Assembly (NCBI GenBank): GCA_016699955.1
Contig: CP064993.1
Span: 180,001-212,000 of the forward strand
Direction of reading: 5' to 3'
Source: Candidatus Saccharimonadota bacterium
GTDB lineage: Bacteria; Patescibacteriota; Saccharimonadia; Saccharimonadales; UBA4665
Length of the DNA stretch: 32,000 bases
The notes beneath the pieces are model-generated. The model worked only from the letters and a program-made list of their open reading frames with translations. It searched no databases and was not told the DNA's origin. Shown here piece after piece: positions 17,077 to 24,836 of this stretch. The position numbers were made by a program, and so were the translations under genes. Positions within the stretch are counted from its first letter, which is position 1; every line of letters starts with the position of its first letter.

Positions 17077-17149
17077 GTTACTGGCCTGAACCTCGTGGTT
17101 GCCGTATCACCTCTACAGAAAATACATGGCGTAGCGACACGGGCAAAAA

Positions 17150-17731
17150 CTACGCCACATGTACATTACCAAGAACTGTTACGCAGTCTCCGCAAAATCC
17201 TGAAGTTTCTGGCTTCAATAGCATCATCGCTATACCAGCAAGCATTTCTTGTTTGTTATTTGCCGGTCTCATTATGCATGGATTCGCGCAGTGCCCTGCA
17301 AAAGAGCTCAGGCGAGCATAATTGTTAGCATCTCTTCTCACAAGCCCAAAACTATGTCCAAGCTCATGCGTCACTAGTCCTGAAATGGCAGCAGGATTAT
17401 CTGCCAAACGGCATGTCGAAAATATAGCCTTACCCCTAGCAAAGGAAGATTGGCCAAAAAGGTAGTTCATCCCCGGATGACCTAAATCCCTTCCGGTTGC
17501 AACTACCGTCAAACCCATACCGTTCCATGCCGGTAGAGCATCTAAGATACCGGGCGCATCAACTTGACCTGACGGAAGAGTAGATAGGTCACCCTCAAGT
17601 CTTTCGCGGGAAAAAGCAAGTCCTCCAAGACGAGTTAACAGACGCCCTACTGCTTCGATTCCCCAATAGATGGCATCATAATCAGCTGTGGTAATGTACC
17701 TATCATAATAAAGAGTTACGGGCATTGTCAT
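17150..17731 (-). CDS. archaemetzincin-like zinc metallopeptidase (M54-like)
   Basis: 193 aa. HELGHSFGL followed by GHCANPCIM and a C-terminal CGDC. This matches the archaemetzincin pattern HExxHxxG...C-x-x-x-C-x-M...CxxC, except that a 17-aa insert sits between the Gly and the first Cys. Confidence 0.7.
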   Translation of the reverse strand: MTMPVTLYYDRYITTADYDAIYWGIEAVGRLLTRLGGLAFSRERLEGDLSTLPSGQVDAPGILDALPAWNGMGLTVVATGRDLGHPGMNYLFGQSSFARGKAIFSTCRLADNPAAISGLVTHELGHSFGLVRRDANNYARLSSFAGHCANPCIMRPANNKQEMLAGIAMMLLKPETSGFCGDCVTVLGNVHVA

Positions 17732-17973
17732 AATTATTATATTATTTTATCATTTTTGTAATATATGCGGATTGTTGCGTCCTACATTCCATCCCGAAAT
17801 GCAACAACCTTAAGAATCTAGGCGGTATTGTGCTTGCACAAAAAGGCATAAACAAGTACTATTTTTATAAGGTAAGGGAAATATTACGGGCAGTGAAGTA
17901 AAGAACTGTCCGCTTAGTGATTCAATCGGGAGATAGCATCACGTTCATGATCGAAATGCAAGATGATAAACAA

Positions 17974-19392
17974 ATGACAGAAAAGTGTGCTGTTTTTGGC
18001 ATATTTGGAGCGAGCCCAGAAGTAGAAGCGGCTCGTTTGTCTTTTTATGGGCTGTGTGCGCTGCAGCACCGCGGACAGGAAAGTTCAGGGATTTCAACTT
18101 CGGATGGTAAAAGCCTTTACTTACACGCTGACTATGGCCTTGTGACAACCGTTTACCGCCAGCAAGACCTAGATAAACTACCTGGGCATATTGCTATCGG
18201 TCACAACCGTTACTCCACCTCTGGCGGCACAGATGACTGTTTTAACCAACCGTTTCTTGACAACAAGCACGGCTTCGCTTTTGCCCATAACGGCAACTTG
18301 CCCGACACATCACAGCTCGAAGAGTTCTTAAAAAGTCACCACATCTCATCCAGCAGGCTAAATGATTCCGGCATGATGGCAGCGGCCATTGCCGCACAGC
18401 TTGGGACAGGGCTGAGCTTGCCCGACGCTATCGCTGCCTGTTATCCGCTCTTTACAGGTGTATTTTCGGCGGTGGCGATGAACCAAGATACACTTGTCGC
18501 CTTCCGCGACCCACACGGCATTCGGCCACTGGCTTTGGGTAAAATGCAGGACGGCACTTATGTCATCGCCAGTGAAACCTGCGCACTCGATACCATTGGC
18601 GCGAAGTTTGAGCGCGAAATCGACCCCGGTGAAATGGTCGTTATTTCATCAGATGGTATTCGGTCCACGCAAGTCATCCCAGGTGAACAAAAGCTCGATA
18701 TTTTTGAGTTTGTATACTTTGCCCGGCCCGACAGTATCATCCTCGGTCAAAGTGTCAACAAAGTACGCATGAATTTTGGACGGCTTATGGCACGCGAACG
18801 TTTAGTGAGCGCCGATGTGGTTATTCCGGTGCCTGATTCCTCCATTCCCGCAGCACTCGGCTACGCTGAAGCCAGCGGTATTCCTTTTGAAATGAACCTT
18901 ATAAAGAACCGCTACATCCACCGCACGTTCATCCGCCCCACAGCCGAGCTGCGTGAGCACGACCTTAAAATGAAATTAAACCCACTAGTCGAAGCAATAG
19001 CGGGTCGCCGCGTTGTTCTCGTAGATGACTCAATCGTCCGGGGTACTACCATGCGAAAAACGGTACAGATGCTACGCGATGCAGGCGCAACTGAAGTTCA
19101 CCTCATGATTAGTTCGCCACCAGTTCTCTACCCTGACTATTACGGCATAAACACCCCGTCACAAAAGGAACTTATTGCTTCCGAAAAGACCGTGCCACAA
19201 ATTCGTCAGTACGTTGGCGCAGACTCATTGTATTTTCTCAGCTACGATGGCATGGTTAAAGCCACAGGCTTACCCGAACATGTGTTTTCCGCCTCGTGCT
19301 TTACCGGAATATACCCGACCCCTATCGGAAAACGCGCAGCTGAAATCACTCATGTTAACATTACGGACCGTTTAGTCCCGGAATCAAAATGA
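17974..19392 (+). CDS. purF: amidophosphoribosyltransferase
   Basis: MTEKCAVFGIFG (N-terminal nucleophile Cys after a short propeptide), ALQHRGQESSGI, GHNRYSTSG and a PRTase motif VVLVDDSIVRGTT. The track ORF opens at GTG 17917. ATG 17974 is preferred because a conserved leader hairpin overlaps the upstream part. Confidence 0.9.
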   Translation: MTEKCAVFGIFGASPEVEAARLSFYGLCALQHRGQESSGISTSDGKSLYLHADYGLVTTVYRQQDLDKLPGHIAIGHNRYSTSGGTDDCFNQPFLDNKHGFAFAHNGNLPDTSQLEEFLKSHHISSSRLNDSGMMAAAIAAQLGTGLSLPDAIAACYPLFTGVFSAVAMNQDTLVAFRDPHGIRPLALGKMQDGTYVIASETCALDTIGAKFEREIDPGEMVVISSDGIRSTQVIPGEQKLDIFEFVYFARPDSIILGQSVNKVRMNFGRLMARERLVSADVVIPVPDSSIPAALGYAEASGIPFEMNLIKNRYIHRTFIRPTAELREHDLKMKLNPLVEAIAGRRVVLVDDSIVRGTTMRKTVQMLRDAGATEVHLMISSPPVLYPDYYGINTPSQKELIASEKTVPQIRQYVGADSLYFLSYDGMVKATGLPEHVFSASCFTGIYPTPIGKRAAEITHVNITDRLVPESK

Positions 19393-20069
19393 GTAAGACC
19401 AACATTGCCATATTTGCCTCAGGAAGCGGAAGCACCGCCGAGGCCTTAATACGAGACATCCAGGAGAAAGGCTACCCGCTGAACGTCAAACTTATGATCA
19501 CCAATAACCAAGATGCATTCGTGCGAGAGCGTATAAAGAACCTGAACAAAGAATATTCCTTAGGTATCACATCAGTCGTACTAAATAGCTCCACACAGCC
19601 CTCGGCGAGCGCAATCCTGACAGGGCAACAAACTGAGGAGGAGCAGGCTGCTATGTTGGCGCTTCTAAAGGAAAACGGCATCGAGCTTGTGCTATTACTA
19701 GGCTATATGAAACTTGTCGGCACCACACTCCTCGAGGCCTATGGCTGGCTGCCTGAGTATGAGAGCGTCTACCAGTGCCGTATGCTCAATACTCACCCCG
19801 GACTGTTGCCCGAAACTGTTGGCACGCATGGAATTGGTACGCAGGAATTTACCATTAGGGAAGGCCTGAGGGAAGCTGGCCAAACACTTCATGCGGTAAG
19901 CGCTGAGTACGATATGGGGCCGACTGTCGCTGTACATCGGGTTCCAATCGAGCCAAACGACACACCGGAGGCCTTATTTTCACGAGTGCAAGCAGTTGAA
20001 AAAGCAACCATCGCGTCAGATATAGCAGCATTTGTAGAAGCCCAAAAAAAGTATAGAAAGGAGCAGTAA
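19389..20069 (+). CDS. purN: phosphoribosylglycinamide formyltransferase
   Basis: IAIFASGSGSTAEALI, LNTHPGLLPE and YDMGPTVAVHRVPI..NDTPEALFSRVQAVE are collinear with PurN. There is a 4-nt overlap with purF. Confidence 0.85.
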   Translation: MSKTNIAIFASGSGSTAEALIRDIQEKGYPLNVKLMITNNQDAFVRERIKNLNKEYSLGITSVVLNSSTQPSASAILTGQQTEEEQAAMLALLKENGIELVLLLGYMKLVGTTLLEAYGWLPEYESVYQCRMLNTHPGLLPETVGTHGIGTQEFTIREGLREAGQTLHAVSAEYDMGPTVAVHRVPIEPNDTPEALFSRVQAVEKATIASDIAAFVEAQKKYRKEQ

Positions 20070-20072
20070 GAT

Positions 20073-21383
20073 ATGGCAAAAATATTAATCATTGGGAGTG
20101 GCGGCCGAGAGCATGCACTAGCCTGGGGCATAGCACAGTCACCAAAGGCTGAAAAGGTGTACGTTTCGCCCGGAAATGCCGGAACTGCTCAAGAGCAAAA
20201 ATGCGAAAACGTCGCACTATCTGACAAGGCAGCTACGCTCGCTTTTTGCAAAGAACAGGCGATTGATCTTGTTGTTATTGGGCCCGAAGCGCCATTGGTC
20301 GCAGGGCAAAGTGACCACCTGCGTGCCAACGGCATCACGGTGTTTGGCGCGAGCAAGGCAGCCGCACAGCTTGAAGCCAGTAAAGCTTTCGCCACCCATT
20401 TTATGCAAAAACACGGCATTACTATTCCAGAGTCGGTCATCGTAACATCGGCCGAAGCTGCTCAGGCGGCTATAACTATTTTCGGTGGACCAGAAAAAAG
20501 CGTCATTAAAGCAAACGGGCTTGCCGGTGGCAAGGGTGTATTTTTGCCAGAAAATGAGGCTGAAGCAGGGTACGCCATAGAAAAAATTACCAGTGGCGCC
20601 ATGGATGGTGACGGCAGTCGGTTTGTTGTGCAAGCCCGCAACCACGGACCGGAAGTTTCAGTGTTTGTGCTGAGCGACGGACAGAACTACCAGATTATTC
20701 CGCTCGCTTCTCAAGATCACAAGCGGTTACTGGCAGGAGATAAGGGCCCAAACACTGGAGGCATGGGTGTGTATGCTCCCCTGCCCAGTTGGATGCTATC
20801 GGCAAAACAATGGGAGAAGATAGACGAAATTGCTCAGAAAAGTATCACCGGCATGGCTACAGAACATACGCCCTATCAAGGTGTCTTGTACCTCGGACTT
20901 ATGCTTTCCGAAGAACTTGGCGGCGATCCGCTAGTCATAGAGTACAATGCGCGCTTCGGTGACCCAGAAACCGAAGTCGTCATCCCGCTACTACAGGGTA
21001 ACGACGTCGATATATACGAAATGCTCTATGCCACAGCAACCGGAAATATTGCCAACTTTCCACTACCAACTTCACTTAATGGCGCCGCCCTTACCATCTG
21101 CCTCGCGGCTGAAGGCTACCCTGAATCGCCCGTCACGGGCATGGTAATCGAAGGCTTGAGTGAAAATTATAGAAATGTTTCTGTTTTCCACGGCGGGACA
21201 AAACTTGATGACGCCAAAAATACAGTTAGCTCCGGCGGCCGTGTCCTCTATGTGACCAGCCTTGGCGTTAACTTACAAGCCGCTTCCGAAGCCGCAAACA
21301 GTGCCATTGGTGAAAATGGTATCCATTTCAAAAACATGCAATATCGCTCCGACATTGCATGGCGCGCCCTTAACTCGACCTAG
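20073..21383 (+). CDS. purD: phosphoribosylamine-glycine ligase
   Basis: MAKILIIGSGGREHALAWG, VIKANGLAGGKGV, an ATP-grasp core and EYNARFGDPETEV. AAGGAG lies 9 nt upstream of the ATG. Confidence 0.9.
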   Translation: MAKILIIGSGGREHALAWGIAQSPKAEKVYVSPGNAGTAQEQKCENVALSDKAATLAFCKEQAIDLVVIGPEAPLVAGQSDHLRANGITVFGASKAAAQLEASKAFATHFMQKHGITIPESVIVTSAEAAQAAITIFGGPEKSVIKANGLAGGKGVFLPENEAEAGYAIEKITSGAMDGDGSRFVVQARNHGPEVSVFVLSDGQNYQIIPLASQDHKRLLAGDKGPNTGGMGVYAPLPSWMLSAKQWEKIDEIAQKSITGMATEHTPYQGVLYLGLMLSEELGGDPLVIEYNARFGDPETEVVIPLLQGNDVDIYEMLYATATGNIANFPLPTSLNGAALTICLAAEGYPESPVTGMVIEGLSENYRNVSVFHGGTKLDDAKNTVSSGGRVLYVTSLGVNLQAASEAANSAIGENGIHFKNMQYRSDIAWRALNST

Positions 21384-21709
21384 GGCCTACTGACGACACC
21401 TTGTTTTGTGGCGATAATTACGGCAAGACTAAGGAAAAGGGCAAAACAAATGAGAAAACGTTTGCGTAAAGAAGCGTGCGGGTAAAGAAACAGGTACAAC
21501 ATGCCCGTAAAAAACTGTGCAAAGGAAATAAACGCTACAATGTCGCCGAGGTTTTCAAGCGTCTCACTCCCGGCTCGTTCGGCGCGCGGTATACGCGAAG
21601 CCACAAAAGCCAGTGCCCAAACGCCTGCCAGCTGCAACCAGGCAACTACAAGAGGCCCCCGCTCGGCCGACTTGTACCACTTCGTTTTCTTTTTTTCTTT
21701 TGGTTGCAC
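21380..21709 (-). CDS. small hypothetical membrane protein
   Basis: 109-aa ORF with three hydrophobic segments. It is convergent with purD and overlaps it by 4 nt. Confidence 0.55.
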   Translation of the reverse strand: MQPKEKKKTKWYKSAERGPLVVAWLQLAGVWALAFVASRIPRAERAGSETLENLGDIVAFISFAQFFTGMLYLFLYPHASLRKRFLICFALFLSLAVIIATKQGVVSRP

Positions 21710-21813
21710 CTCTTGATTGTACCATCCATTGTCAACAATTAACCGGACTGATGTTCAACGTCCAACGACAATCATCTTCCTAGTGGTAAACTTCCAGTAC
21801 TGCGCTAGTGGAA

Positions 21814-23133
21814 CTAGTCTTTGCAGTCTTTACAATCACCGCAGGACGAATCCGTATCACTCGGTAACGGAAACTGACTGGCAAAGGCAATTACTTCTGC
21901 GTGAATAGCCGCGAGTTTTTCGTCGTCATCTCGAGCATCGATAGTCTGCTTCATCCATTCCGCTACTTTGACCATGTCTTTTTCTTTGAGTCCGCGCGTC
22001 GTGATGGCAGGCGTACCAAGGCGAATACCGCTTGGGCGGAATGGTGGCAATGGGTCATTTGGAATGGAGTTTTTGTTGAGGTTCAAACCGACTTTGTCGA
22101 GCGCTTTTTCAGCAATGCTACCATCTATGCCAAAACTACTCTGCACATCCGCTACGATTAGGTGATTTTTTGTACCTCCGGCGACCAATGTAAACCCGCG
22201 TTTTTTAAGTTCCTCTGCCAAAACAGAAGCGTTTTTGACGACTTGTTTTGCATAGATTTTAAACTCGGGCTTGAGGGCTTCGCCAAACGCAACAGCTTTT
22301 GCAGCGATGCTGTGCATGTGTGGCCCGCCCTGCGTCCCAGGAAAAATGGCTCGGTCTATGAGTGTTGGGATGTTATCGATGGTTTTTTCAGGTGCTTTGA
22401 GCGGGTTACCGACAGTTCCTTTGCTGAGGATAAGCCCTCCGCGTGGTCCGCGAAGCGTTTTGTGTGTCGTCGTGGTAATAACATGAAAGCCGTAGTCGAA
22501 TGGGTTTTTGGCTTCGCCTGCGACAATAAGCCCGGCAATATGCGCCATGTCTGCCATAAGGAGGCAGTCAGGGCCAACCTCTTTGGCGATGGCCGCAAAC
22601 TTGGCGTAATCTAGCTCACCCGGGTAAGCACTAAACCCTGCCAATATGATCTTGGGCTTGTGCGTGAGGGCAAGTTCTCGGAGCTCGTCATAGTCAATTT
22701 CACCAGTTGTAATATCCTTAACCTTGTACCCGACAAACTTGTAGATATGAGCTGAGCGCGTCATCGGGTTACCATGGCTTAAATGGCCTCCATGGCCAAG
22801 ATCCATGCCGAGAACAGTATCGCCTGGCTCCAGCCACGCATAGTACACGGCCTCATTTGCAGGCACGCCGGAGTGTGGTTGCACATTGGCATGGTCTGCC
22901 TTGAAAAGTTTTTTGGCGCGTTCAATTGCAAGTTCCTCAAGTGGGTCGGTGCAGTCTTGGCCACCATAGTAACGGCGGCGGGGGTACCCCTCACTGTACT
23001 TGTTTGTAAAAATGCTGCCGTTGGCAGTGAGCACGTCACGCGATACGTAGTTTTCACTTGGTATAAGTTCTAGCCCCTCATGCTCACGTTTTTCTTCTGC
23101 TGCAATTAGATCAGCTACTGCGGTATCTACCAT
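21814..23133 (-). CDS. glyA: serine hydroxymethyltransferase
   Basis: LELIPSENY, YSEGYPRRRYYGG, TTTTHKTLRGPRGG (PLP lysine) and GTQGGP. GAGGAGGG lies upstream of the start. It carries an unusual Cys-rich C-terminal tail, SSCGDCKDCKD. Confidence 0.9.
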   Translation of the reverse strand: MVDTAVADLIAAEEKREHEGLELIPSENYVSRDVLTANGSIFTNKYSEGYPRRRYYGGQDCTDPLEELAIERAKKLFKADHANVQPHSGVPANEAVYYAWLEPGDTVLGMDLGHGGHLSHGNPMTRSAHIYKFVGYKVKDITTGEIDYDELRELALTHKPKIILAGFSAYPGELDYAKFAAIAKEVGPDCLLMADMAHIAGLIVAGEAKNPFDYGFHVITTTTHKTLRGPRGGLILSKGTVGNPLKAPEKTIDNIPTLIDRAIFPGTQGGPHMHSIAAKAVAFGEALKPEFKIYAKQVVKNASVLAEELKKRGFTLVAGGTKNHLIVADVQSSFGIDGSIAEKALDKVGLNLNKNSIPNDPLPPFRPSGIRLGTPAITTRGLKEKDMVKVAEWMKQTIDARDDDEKLAAIHAEVIAFASQFPLPSDTDSSCGDCKDCKD

Positions 23134-23294
23134 GTATCCCTCCTCGTTAAGTCCTTAGATATAGTGTACGCTTTTAGTCGCAGGGTGGCATATAGTAATT
23201 TTGTCTGCAAGTATGTTGCCCCACTTTCCAATAGTTTGCCAAACGGCACGCTCAATTTGTTTTTTGGTGATTTTGGCAAACTTTATACCATGGG

Positions 23295-23303
23295 TGATAT
23301 ACT
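23295..23303 (+). promoter_or_regulatory. extended -10 element TGATATACT
   Basis: TGnTATACT ends 9 nt before ATG 23313, the same geometry as at the 3948 gene. Confidence 0.4.
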
Positions 23304-23312
23304 GTCATTACT

Positions 23313-24836
23313 ATGACAACACAGACAAATGAACGAATTGGTGATTTTGTGGCGCGCGTGCGCCAAGAACGCGGCATGACACAAGCAGAACTCGCAAAAC
23401 GACTTGGTACGAGCCAGTCGGCAATCAACAGAATCGAAAAAGGGCGTCAAAACCTTAGCCTTGAAACACTTGGGCGACTGAGCGAAGCTCTGAACAAGCA
23501 AATTATTTCCCTGGGTAGTGGCAGTGTCAACCTGCGGATTGCGGGTGGGCATGAACTAAGCGGTTCCATACAACTAAAAACAAGTAAAAACGCGGCGGTT
23601 GGACTTTTGTGTGCTGCGCTGCTCAATCACGGAACGACAAAATTTCTCAACTTCCCACGGATAGAAGAAGTTTTTCGTATCTTAGAAGTTCTAGAAAGTA
23701 TTGGCATTCAGGCAAAATGGTCAAACGGCAGCGACTTGGAGCTGCGTCGACCGGCCGAGCTCAAGCTCGACAAAATGAACAAAGAAGCCGCCCGTAAAAC
23801 TCGCACCGTCATTATGCTAATGGGGCCACTTATGCACGAACTGCATGAGTTCAAAATACCATACGCCGGAGGCTGTAAATTAGGTGAACGCACAGTCGAG
23901 CCCCACCTGTTTGCGCTTCAGGAATTTGGGCTCGACGCGAAAGCACATGCCGGAAGCTACCACGTTACGGTAAAGCCAAAGCCAGCCGGCCGTTTTGCAC
24001 TATACGAAATGGGTGATACCGTTACGGAAAACGCGCTCCTGGCAGCCGCCGGAAGCCCAGATGAGACCGTAATTGAATTTGCGAGTGCAAACTATATGGT
24101 GCAGGATGTGTGCTTTTTCCTCCAAAAGCTGGGGGTACACATAGAAGGTACCGGGACGAGCACACTACGAATTCGCGGCGTCAGTCACATAAAGAAAAAT
24201 GTGACGTATGCTCCGGCAGAAGACCCCATAGAAGCAATGTTTTTTATTTCTGCTGCAGTCACGACCAACTCAGAAATTACGATTGAGCGCGTTCCAATTG
24301 CGTTTGTAACATTGGAACTCCTGAAACTCAAAAAAATGGGTCTACGATATGACATAACTGAACGATACCCCGCTGCAAATGGTAAGACTGAACTGGTAAA
24401 TCTGCACATCTACAAACACAACGGCGAACTGCGCGCACTTACCGATAAAATTCATTCGCTGCCCTACCCAGGCATCAACACTGATAACCTACCCTACTTC
24501 GTGCCTATTGCTGCGGTCGCCAAAGGTCGCACGCTCATACACGACTGGATGTATGAAAACCGAGCCATTTACTACACGGAAGTTACAAAAATTGGCGCTA
24601 CCATAGAGCTGGCCGACCCACACCGCGTCTATATTACCGGACCGACAAAATTTACGCGTGCTGATGTATTTTGCCCACCCGCTCTGCGGCCAGCAAGTTT
24701 ACTGCTCATTGGTATGCTCGCAGCCGATGGCATCTCGACGTTACGAAACATCTATACCATCCAACGGGGTTACGAAGATCTCGCCGAACGACTCAACTCA
24801 CTCGGTGCTCGTATAGAAGTATTTCACGACTTGTAG
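23313..24836 (+). CDS. murA: UDP-N-acetylglucosamine 1-carboxyvinyltransferase with an N-terminal XRE-type HTH domain (fusion)
   Basis: Residues 1-62, IGDFVARVRQERGMTQAELAKRLGTSQSAINRIEKGRQNLSLETL, form an XRE HTH. The remainder is MurA: LRIAGGHELSGSIQLKTSKNAAV, YAGGCKLGERTVEPHL (active-site Cys loop), ENRAIYYTE and IQRGYEDLAERLNSLGARI. Confidence 0.85.
   Translation: MTTQTNERIGDFVARVRQERGMTQAELAKRLGTSQSAINRIEKGRQNLSLETLGRLSEALNKQIISLGSGSVNLRIAGGHELSGSIQLKTSKNAAVGLLCAALLNHGTTKFLNFPRIEEVFRILEVLESIGIQAKWSNGSDLELRRPAELKLDKMNKEAARKTRTVIMLMGPLMHELHEFKIPYAGGCKLGERTVEPHLFALQEFGLDAKAHAGSYHVTVKPKPAGRFALYEMGDTVTENALLAAAGSPDETVIEFASANYMVQDVCFFLQKLGVHIEGTGTSTLRIRGVSHIKKNVTYAPAEDPIEAMFFISAAVTTNSEITIERVPIAFVTLELLKLKKMGLRYDITERYPAANGKTELVNLHIYKHNGELRALTDKIHSLPYPGINTDNLPYFVPIAAVAKGRTLIHDWMYENRAIYYTEVTKIGATIELADPHRVYITGPTKFTRADVFCPPALRPASLLLIGMLAADGISTLRNIYTIQRGYEDLAERLNSLGARIEVFHDL

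Noticed and set aside
17870-17925. Possible guanine/adenine (purine) riboswitch upstream of purF. The stem CGGGCA/UGUCCG is identical to xpt P3.
   Set aside because: The loop is 12 nt rather than 7. The putative P2 is only 4 bp. The conserved J1/2 and J2/3 nucleotides and the loop-loop motifs are missing. I kept it only as an unclassified conserved hairpin.
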